NCBI GenBank assembly: GCA_977017645.1
Contig: OZ360220.1
Span: 246,574,001 to 246,638,000, forward strand
Reading direction: 5' to 3'
Origin: Torpedo marmorata
Taxonomy: Eukaryota
DNA: 64,000 bases
Shown one piece after another: positions 24,813 through 37,341 of this stretch; position 1 is the first letter of the stretch; every line of letters starts with the position of its first letter. Both the position numbers and the translations under genes were made by a program. Under the pieces are notes generated by a model, which made no database searches, was not told the origin of the DNA, and saw nothing but the letters and a program-made list of their open reading frames with translations.

Positions 24813-25583
24813 AAGATTCAAGATTCAATTTATTGTCATAGTAATAAGACAATGTCATATTCCATGAAATTTCTTTTTGCCTGCTGCAAGGCAGACAGAT
24901 TCGCCACCGGCAGAAATTGCCTAAGCGCCTCTAACATTCCTTACAGTCAGAGAAAGAGAAGCAAAAGAGAGTCCCCCCAGAGTCACCAAGTGTCCATAGA
25001 TTCGCCTCCAGCGCTTCCGCAGCCACACAGAGTCCAGTCCAAACCATCGGCATCCCGAGCTCCAGATCCGAACCTCCAACACGGTCAAGTCGCCCTCGGC
25101 ACCCCCTCGCATCCCGGTTCCGATACCTGGTACTCCTCCAGCCAGTTCGAGCCAGCCTCCAGCAGTCCGCAGCCCGGCGTGAGTCCCCTGACAGCAGTCT
25201 CCAGCAGCCCACAGCCTCCGCGGGTTGCTCGCCTCGAGTCGCCAGCAGCCCGCCGCGTGCACTGGTCCTTCAGCCTCAGATCCCCTCACCGGTCCGCCGC
25301 CGTGGTCAACGTCCCATGGGTCGTCTCCTCCGCTTCTCCTTCTCAGACGGGGGGTGATCTTCCCGTCCTCTGGTGCCCTGCTGCAGTCCTCCGCTTCCCC
25401 GGAATCTGCAGCCCCTCGTGGCTGCTGCCGGTTAAAAGGCGCTGCCATCTTGGGCGCAGACCCTGCGGTCGCGAGATCTTAAATAAAACCACCGTCGGCT
25501 CCTTCAAAGCCCGTGCGGAACCGACGGCAGTCAACTGGGCTGCTGGACCCCGCGGGAGCGATGTATCTCCGCTCCCTCGCTAT
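24813..25583 (-). mobile_element. CpG-rich non-autonomous retroposon with LINE-type tail
   Basis: GC/CpG-rich block in AT-rich DNA. On the minus strand it has a YY1-like CAAGATGGC near the head and ends atttcatgg...tgacaataaa-(TTGAATC)n. No recognisable protein motif. Confidence 0.7.
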
Positions 25584-25904
25584 TATTAATCACTATGGAA
25601 CCACTCGCTCTGCCCCATTCAAGTTGACCATCTACTTGCAGGCCAGTGTGATTATTGCTGCTGGGTTAGCTGCTAGGAATACGACAAATGACCACCATAA
25701 TGAAGTCGATGCCTCTCAACCTAGGGGAATACCAGATCTTCATTTGGACTGTCAAAAACCATTCAACTAAGATCAAGAACTCAATGGGATAGAAGAAGCC
25801 TTTTATGATATCAGGATAACATTTCGTCCAGCTGTCACTATCACAGTTGGACTTACTTGCACAGAGCAAAAACTCTCAAACCAAAGTAAGAAAAAAAAAT
25901 CAAG

Positions 25905-26150
25905 TAATCAGTATTCATAATGATTAAAACCATGGCATTGGAGAGAACATGTGTGCTCTTCTTTGAATAGCATTGTGAAATATTTCATTATGTTGAACGG
26001 AAAGAGAGGAAGTTGGTACAATGCATTAGCCAGAAGTTATCACCTCCACAGCCCTGCTCCTTCAGAATTGAAGACAAGCATGAGCCTTGATTAAATGCTC
26101 TGGAGCTAATATTGAGCTCACAATTTAATTCCAGTGAGCCTTGGCTGAGA
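25905..26150 (-). mobile_element. DeuSINE-like relic
   Basis: ggagagaacatgtgtgctcttctttgaatagcattgtga...cacctccacagc resembles the antisense Deu domain, as I recall it. Parallels 34535-34900. Confidence 0.5.
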
Positions 26151-27733
26151 TCATACTTTCCTGTACTGCTACAGAGTAATGCCTCTTAAAGGCAGTATCA
26201 CTCGCTGGGGTGAATCTGAATGGGTCATAACCTTCCAGTTCATCAACCAAATTGAAATACTTCAAATCTAGCCCCAGAGAATGAGCTATCGCAAGTTATT
26301 TGACCAAGAGAGCCTATGCATAAGAAGCATGATCTTAGCTTCAGACAATAAATTAGACTTGTTTTTAGGAATGTGATTTTTTTTTAAAAATGTGTAACTT
26401 TGCCAAAATAATGCAATGTCTTCATCATTTATTGAGTGGGGTACAATTTCTTGGTATATTTTTCCATCTTTACTTGTCTTTCTCTAGGCACGTTGTTGCT
26501 AAACAGAGCAACAAAGGTAGTTTTGTCTATACAAGCACAAAAAACTGTATGGACTCAATGGTCCTTTTATCTATTACACAATGGAGCAGTCCTGTAAACT
26601 GTTCAGTTCTGTTGGTGAGTCCCTTGACACTAATTTACATTGCATGGTAGAATGCAGATAATCAAACACAATAAGCTGACACTTACACCAAAGTGCTGTA
26701 TTGCCTGGGGTGATTTAGCTTAGTGCAAACCATCTTACTGCTGGTATACTTTGCTAATTGCATCATAGATTTCCTCATCATGAACACAAGCCAAATTAAT
26801 ACCAGGCCTTTAATGTACCTGTGTGCTGTTATCATTTGTACAGACAACATTGCCAGATTCTTTTGCATTTAGTTACATAAGCATTAGTGTTAAATGATTG
26901 AGCAGATTGGCTGCTTGCAGTTGTTGACAGACTGCAGCCTTGTGGAAGCCTGAGGAAGAAACCAATCAGGAAGTTAATGAGGAGAAAAATTACCGCTGTG
27001 GTTGCACCATAATTACAATCACACCAAGCAAGAAAATGAGGTGTGGGTGGATTTGAACTCAGCTGTTATGTGTAAAGGTCAGGTGGGTCAAGAACCCTTC
27101 AATTGGTTCATGTATCTTCCGTGGCCAGTAACCTGATAGGTTATTATGGTGCACAGCTATTGTGGCTTGGCTGTTTTCATTTTTTTCTTCTTTTTATTGC
27201 CCTGTTTTTCCAATTGTAAGAGAAAAGTATCTCATGGTTCTGGGGGCAAAATTAGGTTGACAAGTCAAACTATTGTGGTTTGGTTGTTCTTTCAATGAAC
27301 ACTCTTGAGTTTCAGGAATCAGACGAAAGAAGTTAACAGCTAATATTAAATGTTTTTTTTCTTGCTAATTTACCTGCTGTGGAAAGAAAATTTAGGAATG
27401 TGTCTTCCTTTGCTTTAAGTAAGATTGTGATCCACTTCTTTAGTAGCAAGAGCCATGTTTTAGGTGATGAATCTGTAATAAACTCTTTATTTTGCCTCTG
27501 CTGTCATTTTTAAGGTGCTGGCTAAGGAATTCAAGTATCAAATTGTTGTACCAAATGGGTAGCACTTTGAAACTGCTTTTGAGAGGCCTCAGCCAACTTT
27601 AGCATCAAGGTCCAATTGATTGAAACAAGTGCACTGCTGGTTCCAATGGCTGCTGATCAGGTCCTTGAATTCCTGAATGTTTACAGCAAGGGAGTACCCC
27701 AAAATGGCAATGGATCAAGATGACTTGATCAAT

Positions 27734-28448
27734 ACACCTAAAAAATTGAAGAAATTTAATCCAGCGTTATCAGATATGTGTTTTAGATGTAAAAGTGAAA
27801 TAGGTTCTTTTGTTCATTGTACATGGTTATGTTCAAAAATTCAAGATTTTTGGTTGAAAGTTAAGAATTTTTTAGAGAGAATTTTTAATGTTGGGTTTAC
27901 AATGGATCCTATGTTATTTTTATTTGGAGATATTAAAAAATTTAGTATTAGAAATAGATTAAATATGTACCAAGTAGAATTTTTACGTATAGTATTAGCA
28001 GTTTCGAAAAAGTGTATAGCTATTACTTGGAAGTCAGATGTGGATTTAAATTTAGAACGATGGCATGCAGAGTTACGTTCATGTATACCATTAGAAAAAA
28101 TTACTTACAATTTGCGAAATAAATATCATTTTTTCTTGAAAATCTGGGGCCCATATATGAGAAGTATGGGCTTAACAATTTAAATTCTCTAGATATCGGA
28201 TCCACTGGCGAAAATAACCTCTATGGTAGAATTCGTTTGAAGTTTGTTGTCTCCTCACTCTATTTTTCTATCTTTCTTTTTTCTTTTTCTCTTTTACTAT
28301 ATATTTTTTTAGAGTAGTGGGGATATAGGGGTTAGGGAGGGGAGGGTGGGAAGGGGGGGAGAAAATGTATATCACATGTATTTTTAAATATATGCATTTT
28401 ATTTTATGTATTTTGTGATTTAAAAATTTAAATAAAATATTTAAAAAA
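27734..28448 (+). mobile_element. L1-clade LINE copy A (3' fragment)
   Basis: ORF2 C-terminus with CFRCKSEIGSFVHCTWLC zinc knuckle, stop at 28183. G-rich 3'UTR, AATAAA at 28431, A tail. TSD ATGACTTGATCAAT (27720-33, 28449-62). Confidence 0.93.
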
Positions 28449-28490
28449 ATGACTTGATCAATGAACTATGATCAAGTTAGCATCTGCGCA

Positions 28491-31440
28491 ACTAAACAAA
28501 GGTATTATGAATTAGGAGAAAGAGCTCATAAAGTTTTGGCATGGCAATTAAAAAAAGATCAAATTTCTAGAACTATAAATGCTATAAGGAAAAAAAAACT
28601 CTGGAGAGATAACTTATAAACCTCGAGAAATAAATGATTATTTTAAAGATTATTATTTGAATTTATATAAATCTCAGATTGATCAAGATGATTCTAAAAT
28701 TACTAGATTTTTATCTAAAATTACATTACCTAAATTAAATATTCAAAGTAGAGAATCTTTAGATTTACCTTTTACAATGAGGGAAGTTAATGAAGTTCTT
28801 TCTTCATTAAAGAGTGGTAAATCTCCAGGTGAAGATGGGTTTCCATCAGAATTTTATAAGGAGTTTAAAGATTTATTAATACCTCCATATATGGAAGTAT
28901 TGAATCAAATTACGGAAACTCACTCATTACCGGATACTTTTTTAAATGCAATAATTACAGTTATACCAAAAAAAGATAGAGATGTATTGAAAACTGAATC
29001 ATATAGACCTATTTCATTGTTAAATGTAGATGATAAGATAATGGCAAAAATTCTAGCAAATAGAATGGCTAATTATTTACCAGATTTAATTCATGTAGAT
29101 CAAGCTGGTTTTATCAAAAATAGATATTCAAAAGATAATATAGCTAGATTGATTATCTTAATTAATTTACATAAAAAGAAGGAAGATTTACCATTAGTTT
29201 TAACATTAGACGCTGAAAAGGCTTTTGATAGATTAGAATGGAATTTTTTATTTAAGGTATTGGAGAAATTTGGTTTTGGAAATACATTTATTAACTGGAT
29301 TAAAACTATATATAAAGAACCATCTGCTAAAGTAGTCACAAATGGACAAATTTCTCCAAAATTTCCTTTGACTTGATCTACTAGACAGGGATGTCCTCTG
29401 TCACCAGCATTATTTATTTTGGCGATAGAACCTTTGGCTGAATTAGTTAGAAGAGATCTTAAAATAGTAGGTATTAATGTTGGAATGGAAGAACATAAAA
29501 TTAGTTTGTTTGCAGATGATGTATTGATATATATGACAAAATCTGTTGCATCTTTAGTACAACTGTATATGGGGAAATATCTGGATATAAAATTAATTCT
29601 GATAAAAGTGAGATCATGACATTATCACAAGGGGATTATAGTAGATGTAAAGAAGTTACACAATTTAAATGGGCAAAGGAAGGAATTGATACAAAATTGG
29701 CTAATTTATATAAATTAAATTACCTACCATTATTCGTGAAAATAAAGAAAGATTTAGAAAATTGGAAAGATTTACCTATAACTTTATTGGGAAGAGTAAA
29801 TTGTATTAAAATGAATATTTTTCCAAGAATTCAATATCTTTTTCAATCAATTCCTTATGGAATTCCTCAAAAAAATTTTAAAGTTTTAAATTCAATTATT
29901 AGGAAATTTTTATGGAAAGGAAAGTTAGCAAGAGTAGGTATGGAAAAATTAACTTGGAATTATGAAATGGGTGGCTTGCAACTTCCTAATTTTCAAAATT
30001 ATTATAAAGCAGCTCAATTAAAATTTGTTAATGAATTTTTTGACTTAACTAAATCTCCTGCTTGGATTAAAATAGAATTAAATAATATAGGTGATGACGC
30101 TAAAGAAGAAATTATTTATAAATGGGATTCTAAATTAATATCAACAAGAAAGAAAAATTCGCCTATTTTTAAACATTTGTTAGAAATATGGAATAAGACG
30201 GATAAGGAAATAGGAGGAAAAGGATTGATTTCTCCAAGGATGCCTTTATATCAAAATGGACTTATTCCATTTACTATTAATAATCAATTATTTAAAATTT
30301 GGTTCCAAAAAGGAATTAAGAAGATTAGTGATTGTTTTGAAGCTGGGAAATTTATTACGTTTCAAAGAATGAAAGATAAATTTAATATATTAGATAATAC
30401 ACTTTTTGCTTATTATCAAATTAGAGCTTTTCTGATTGAGAAATTAGGTTATGCTTTGATTTTACCCAGACAAAATGAATTAGAATTATTAGTTACTAAT
30501 GGAGATGTTAATAAATTTATTTCTCAAATGTATAAATTGTTTCAGAGGAAAATGCCAAAAGTAGCTTTGCATAAATCAAGATTAAAATGGGAATTAGATT
30601 TGAATGTAAGAATAGATGAAAATCATTGGAAAGAATTATGTAAATTAAGTATGACGAAGATTATTAATGTTAGATATAGATTAGTACAATATAATTTTTT
30701 TCATCAATTATATTTAACACCTAAAAAATTAAAGACATTTAATCCGACATTATCAGGTTTATGTTTTAGATGTAATAAAGAGGAAGGGTCTTTTGTACAT
30801 TGTACATGGTTTTGTCCAAAAGTTTATGATTTTTGGTTGAAAGTTAAAAACTTTTTAGATAAAGTATTTAAGATTACATTTCCAATGGATCCTATGATAT
30901 TTTTGTTCAGAGATATTAGAAAATTTAGTATTAGGATGAAACTAAATATGTATCAGATAGAATTTTTACGAATTGCTTTAGCTGTTTCAAAGCATTGCAT
31001 TGCTATTACTTGGAAATCTGATTTAGATTTAGGATTAGAAAGATGGCATGCAGAACTTCGTTCATGTATACCACTTGAAAAAATTACTTATAATTTACGT
31101 AATAAATATCATTTCTTTTTAAAAATTTGGAGCCCATATATGAAAGCTGTTGGTTTAAGGATTTGAAGATCTCTAGATATCGGATCTGCTGGCATACTTG
31201 ACCTCCATAATAGAATTAGTTTATAGATTGACATTCCCCTTACTTTATCTTTTTCTTTCTTTTTCTTCTTCTTTTTCTATTTTTATTTTTTATATTTTTA
31301 TTTTTATTAGATTAGTGGGGTTGGGAGGGTTGGGGAGGGGAGGGAGGGGGGGTGAAATTGTATCACAAATAATTTGATAATTTTATATTCCATTTTATGT
31401 ATTTTGTGATTTAAAGATTTTAAATAAAATATTTTTAAAA
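28491..31440 (+). mobile_element. L1-clade LINE copy B (5'-truncated, RT to 3' end, disabled)
   Basis: GKSPGEDGF, YRPISLLN, LDAEKAFD, RQGCPLSP, LFADD and a C-terminal CCHC. Premature stop at 29374 and frameshifts near 29570-29690. 17-bp TSD AAGTTAGCATCTGCGCA (28474-90, 31441-57). Confidence 0.95.
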
Positions 31441-31594
31441 AAGTTAGCATCTGCGCATTATTGCCCTGACGAGCTTCACAGAGAAATAACAGGAGGTTTA
31501 GTAGCCGCAATTTAATGGCCTCCAAAGTCTCTTCAAGGACTACCAGCTAACATATTTGAGTCTGCCTGTGTGTACCTTTTTCTTCGCAAATAAA

Positions 31595-32620
31595 TAACAA
31601 TCTGTTGAAGGAACTCTGCATCAGGACTGAGAGTATAAAGGGAAGATGGCCAGTATAAAGAGGTGAGGGGGAGGGATGAGGCAGGAGCTGGCAAGCAATA
31701 GATGGATTCAGATGAGGAGGGGGTTGATGAGTAGATGGTCAGGTGGGTGAGGGAAGAGTAGAGATAGTGACAGAGATTGGGAGCTAATAAGTGAAGACCA
31801 CAGAGGGCGAGAGATTATGGAATCTGATAAGAATGAAAGATGAGTGGAAGTAGATATGGGGAGGATGGTGGGAAGATGGGAACGAAAGGAAGGGGAACTA
31901 GTGGGAGGAATGTGTGGGTGATAGGCAGATGGAGGGGGGAAATCTGCGTAATGGAGTGAGGAGTGTAGGAGGTTGTAAAGAAGGATGTGTGTGAGAGGAC
32001 TTGGGTGAGCCACATGGAGAGAGGTAGGAACTGAGGGGGAATGGGTTACTTGAAATTGGAGAATTCAGTGTTCATGCTGTTGGGTTGTAGACTACCCATG
32101 TGGAATATAAGGTGCTGTTCCTTGAGTTTGTGTTTGGCCTCACCCTGACAGCGGAGGAGGCAGAGGACAGATGGGTTGGTGTGGGAAGGGGGAGGTGAAT
32201 TCAATGGCTTACAACCGGGAGCTCCAGATAGATATTGTGAACTGAGAGCAGGTTTCTCAGTAAAACAGTTACGTAGTCTGCGCTTGGTCTTACCAATGTA
32301 AAGGAGGCCACATTGAGTTTGGAAGAGGGTGGGTACCTGCCTCACCTGGGAGGGCTGTTTAGGTCCCTGGACAGAGGTAAGGGTGCAGGTGTTGGGACAG
32401 ATGTTGTACCTCCTACACTTGCAGGGGAAAGTGCCTGGGGATGGATGGAGAAGGATGAGCAAACCAGGGAGTCGGGATAAAACCATCCCTGTGGAAGGCC
32501 AAGATGGGTGGGGAAGGGAAGATGTAATTGATTGATTGTAGGTAGCAGAAACGGTAAAGAATGAAGTGCTGGATATGGAGGCTGATACAGTGAAGGGCAA
32601 GGATCAAAGGAACAATTATT
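31595..32620 (-). mobile_element. Penelope-like relic
   Basis: SPGTFPCKCRRYNICP...CGLLYIGKTKRRL...LKEQHLIFHMGSLQPNSMNTEFSNFK (32046-32600), followed by a long purine/pyrimidine tract. Confidence 0.85.
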
Positions 32621-33404
32621 AGGTTTATACAATCTTAGGATTGTGATTTCCAAGTGCAGACTATCCTGATACCTTTTTCATTCAAACAATGTACAATTTA
32701 AATCAGGATATACAGGGGCATTATGCCAGCACCAAATATGTTTCACCCAGTGCTTGGGTGTATAAGTATTCAAAAGGAATTTCAGGAAAAATATAAAAAA
32801 CATATCTTCTTAAACAGATGCAGCCTAATCGTTGGATGTCTTGTATCATCTCAGCTGGGATCACCTAACTCAGCAGAGACCAGGAGTAAAGCTGAGACCC
32901 TCCCCCCCCACTTTCGCCTTTGTGCTAAAGGATCAACTACACACCTTACACTTGAATGTCAAGGAAATCCTGTTGATGTCACTCTTAATTAATTTTGCTT
33001 TGTCAGTACTGTTTAATATTCGAGTATTTAGTGTATACTTATGAATTACTTAATGAAAATTGTTCAGATTTGTACAGTTCTGGCTTTGGCCATTTATAAA
33101 AAAGGACGATGGATATTTAGAAGGCATAGGTTTTTGTTGTGCTTTTGTTATGGAATGTATACATCATTAGGGAGTTGCTGAATGTGAATATCCACTCCTC
33201 GCTGGGAAAGAGCTCATTCCAGAGTCAATCTTGACTACGTAGCATTAGGTTTAGAATTTCTTCGGCAAAATTCTGATAGGTCACTGGTCTTAGCCATTTC
33301 AACTGCTGTTCTATAGTTCGGAGGAAGAGAATGGGATAATTCCTAAGCATAAAAACAATTTACACTTCTCACATGTTCATCTGGCTGAGATATTGATCAT
33401 CTTC

Positions 33405-34024
33405 ATTTTCATAAAGAGGGGATTAGAGTATAGGAGCAGAGACGCCCTTCTGCAGTTGTACAGGGCCCTGGTGAGACCCCACCTGGAGTATTGCATCCAG
33501 TTCTTGTCTCCAAACTTGAGGAAGGACATACTAGCTATAGAGGGTGTGCAGCGCAGATTTACAAGGTTAGTTCCAGGGTTGACATATGCTGAAAGGTTAG
33601 AAAAACTGGACTTATATCCGATGGAGTTTAGAAGGATGAGGGGGGACATGATTGAGGTATACAAGATTATCAAGGGGATAGACAGGGTGAAGTCGGATTA
33701 CTTGTTCCCAATGATGGGAGAGACCAGGACTAGAGGGCATAGTTTAAGAATACAGGGAAGGCCCTTTAGGACGGAGATGAGGAAAAATTTTTTTACCCAG
33801 AGAAGTGTGAATCTGTGGAATGCTCTGCCACAGAGGGTGGTAGAGGCAGATTCGCTGATTATGTTCAAAAGAGAGTTAGATAAGACTAGTGGGCAGAGGA
33901 GTTAAGGGTTATGGGGATAAGGCTGGAAAGGGGTACTGATAGTAGTGATCAGCCATGATCTGTAAAATGGCGGTGCTGGCTCGACGGGCCGAACGGCCTA
34001 CTCCAGCTCCTATTGTCTATTGTC
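33405..34024 (+). mobile_element. CR1 LINE 3' fragment, well preserved
   Basis: LEYRSRDALLQLYRALVRPHLEYCIQF...RRMRGDMIEVYKI...TRGHSL...WNALP. 3' end gggccgaacggcctactccagctcctattgtctattgtc. Confidence 0.92.
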
Positions 34025-34534
34025 ATCGAAGAATCTTAAAGTGTCATGCATTTACCTTTACTTTAACCAAACAAATACTGGGAAATTTCCCTGAATATCT
34101 TTTGGTACAATTCATTGAAGAGGGGCTAACCAAAATGGCCTAAGACTAAGAGTTCATGAGTAGCTCAAATATAAGTGATCTTTTTTTGTTCTGCTAATTA
34201 TTTCTTCTCAATGGTTTGAGGGCATTAGTACGTCAGAGGGGAGCGCTTTTGAGTTTCAGACAGCCAAGTAATATGTTATGAATGGAGCAAACACAACTCC
34301 TACTCTGCCCAACTGAACCCAAATCCAACTGTGGAAGAACCCCTTGCACCCACATTTCTCACTTCTAACCTTCATTATAACTTCTGCTTTAAATCATTGG
34401 TTTAGTGTGCAGTTAACAATTTTCTCCTGTGGATGCTTTGAAACTGCTCAACATTGTTTCACAAACAATCATTACAACCAATTACCAGACAACCTGTAGG
34501 TCTTTAAAAAAAAAAGATGCTTATGTAATCCTGA

Positions 34535-34900
34535 TGCACTTTACAGCTAATATAGTACTTTTGAGTGTAGTCACTATTATAGAAGATGGGCAGCAAGTTT
34601 GCATTATCAAGGTCCCACAAATAGCAATTTAATAATGGCATAATTTTTTAACTTTGAGTCAATGGAAAATATTGCTTGCGATACAAGGAATAGTTACCCT
34701 GTATCAAAAAGGGGCTGAGAGATCTTTTTTATCCAGTCATTGCCTCTGCCTCAGTTCAAATCTTTATTTGAAGGCCTTTAACTCAAAGAATGAAGTAGTC
34801 CCTTGGTATGTTGCACAAGTTCTAGATTTTTGTGTTAAATCAGTGGAATGGGACTTGAATGATCAAACTTCTGATTTATAGACCGATTGAACCATAGCTA
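34535..34900 (-). mobile_element. DeuSINE-like relic
   Basis: aaggtcccacaaatagcaat...gagatcttttt atcca...gcctcagttcaaatc...gtggaatgggacttgaa resembles an antisense Deu domain plus tRNA B box. Confidence 0.55.
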
Positions 34901-36413
34901 CCACAGTTAACAATTGATTTCAACTGTTGTCTAGAAGTGAAAGGACAAATATCTAATGCTCACGGTACAGTGAATGTATTCACATTTTTAAAAATGTTTT
35001 AAGTTGGTCACTTTTCATTTTTCAATACATTGCCTTGAAACACTGGGTGTAAGTTAATGATGTTTGATTTTAAAAAAATAAAATAAATGAAACACTTTTG
35101 AATCACATTTTGCCATTGGAAGTACCACAATGGAGTTACATGAGCTGCCCGAAGATAACGTGGGGCCACAGCTGACCATCATAAGAAGTTGCTGATTTTG
35201 TTTCTTCTGTCTTAGTAAATGCCAACTAACTTATTTTTCTCAATACAATCTTTAGATTGTCCTGTGCAATAATTTTGTTGAAATGTTTTTAGGTTCTGAG
35301 TGTGTCCACATCCATTGGTCTGTGAAGGGATGATGGTGGGCTTGGGAGATTACAAGAAGGAAGGCTTGGGAGAAGACCAGTTGACCTTTGTGCTGTTCTT
35401 TGCTTGTCTTTGCCAATTGAAAAGTGTCAGTGCCACAACTATAATAAAATTTAAAAAGCCTAGAAACAAAGGCCTGCAGAAATGGACAGGAAGCACTTTG
35501 GATCTTTTAAGGGAGGGTGTGGTTTCTATAAGTTGGCAGAGAGCTTCTCTTTTCTGACCTCAATACTTCCCACACCTGTCCCCCTTCACTCCGGGGTCTC
35601 CTGCTGCTCAAGGGTGCCAGCTTCCGAAATAAGAGCAGAGTAAGAGGCACTACAATGATCAAAATGTGCACAGGAAAGAGGGGACGTTGATATGTGGAAA
35701 TGAGACAAGGTGGGTGATGAGGGATGTAGGTGGACGAGAATGTTGATATAAGGACTTGGCTGAGCTACTTGTCTGTGAAATTCTACCAGTTCACCATGTT
35801 CATTTGTTTATGACATTACAAGGAAATGTAAAAACAACTTGAATTTTTTTGAGGAATAAGGGGAAAAAAATTATAGAAACTATTTAAATAGCAGGCTACA
35901 TGGGAATATATTTGTTACACTGCCCTGTTACCTAATTTTTATCTTTGAAAAGGCGTTCTTTGTTCTCAAAACATCATTTGATATTCTACCTATATTCTAG
36001 TTTCAAATCCCATTTTTCTTGAACAAAAAAATAATTTTAAAAAATCAGTTGAACTTTTTGTTGACTCATGATCAGGTACCATGACAGGGTCTGGAGAAAA
36101 ATTTGTTAAGCCTCCATATCAAACTTCAGAATATAAAAGAAAGTAGACTTCTGTAGAATAAGAACATCCTTAATCTTACCGCAGGTAGTGTCCAATTTAA
36201 ATCTGCTGATTCTCATCTGGTGACAGTAAATTTAAACACTTCCTCACTTAAAACTATTTTTCCTTTTATATAAGTGAATTTTTGCTCTAATAAAAATGAG
36301 GGATGTTACTGTAGGAAAGTAAGCATTTTTGCATTTATGGCATTCAAGCAATTCAAGGCTCAGTGTTCTACGATCAGCTCTAGAACAGTGTATTCTCCTT
36401 TAGCAATTTTCTT

Positions 36414-36745
36414 ATTTTTTTTTATATTTTATTTTAAATTTTGAATTTTCTCACAGTAGTACAACATATGTAATATACATTATTAATTCCAGTAAATAAA
36501 AAACATAATTTATATTACAGTGTATCTAACCCATCCCTTAACCCACCCTCTATAATGTTGCTACTCCACCCTTCCCCTCCCTTTAATTCCCTCCCCTTAC
36601 TAAAAACTAAAAGAAAAGAACAGAAAGGAAGGCATTGGTATTACTTATTAAAAAACATTTGCACGGATCGCTGCTGGGTCCACGATTCGACGCGTGGCAT
36701 TCAACAATATTTCTTCTTTAAATTTGAGAGAGTCAACAGGGTCTA
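36414..36745 (-). mobile_element. L1-type 3'UTR fragment
   Basis: T-run, TTTATT, C-rich tract and (AAAAG)n: the same architecture as the L1 3'UTRs of copies A-D, reversed. No coding part. Confidence 0.6.
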
Positions 36746-37192
36746 GGATGTAGAGCAACACATTTAAATGTTCATACCTAATTCTCTTATTCTTAGGCAG
36801 TAACAATAATCTGTTTCCAGCCACACAGGAGAATTTCTGACATGTCAGCTTTGTACTGCTAGTTATCCTCGGTACCCCCGATTGAGATTCTCAGTTAGTG
36901 CAAGCTTTACGTTGACAGCCTAGCCCAGTCAATACACCAGGGTAATTTCACTGGTGGATCCTTATAGCATTTGAAAACATTCTTCCCATTTTTTCTGGAC
37001 CAGATTACATTCTAGGTCCCAGCTATGAAAGGATAGTTGTACTAATTCACTGCTCCACCATGAATCACTTGATTTATAATTTAATAAGTAACTTGTTTGA
37101 TGATGTATGCATCTGGGGTATTGAGGGTTAAAGCCCAAAATATTGGAAGTATGGAAAATATAACCAGGTTTTCACCATTTGTTTTGTTGCAG

Positions 37193-37341
37193 TATTTTCA
37201 CCTTCCAGTAGTCAGGACTCAGGTTTGATCTCTCTGTCCAGCAGTTCTCCAGTCAGCAACGGAAGCATTAAACAAGAGTGTGAATCTGTCACAGAGTCTG
37301 GCGCCTTCTCTGTTGATTCCATTATTGAAAATGCAGAGTGA
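37193..37341 (+). CDS. dmrt1: Doublesex and mab-3 related transcription factor 1, terminal coding exon
   Basis: Acceptor tttgttttgttgcAG (37191-92), phase 1, then (x)[48 protein letters not shown] and TGA at 37339-41. Matches the vertebrate DMRT1 C-terminus as I recall it (human [23 protein letters not shown]...ECE...FTVTPVIEEDE), including the exon boundary position. Confidence 0.9.

Noticed and set aside
24729-25589. 286-aa and 175-aa ORFs as host genes
   Set aside because: They are low-complexity S/P/R/G-rich frames open on both strands of a GC-rich repeat with a retroposon tail, with no domain motif.
1-37192. Upstream dmrt1 exon (SSQYRMHSYY-type)
   Set aside because: Not found by eye. 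The nearest look-alike, VYRIHEC at ~21023, lacks the rest of the motif. The exon probably lies before the window.
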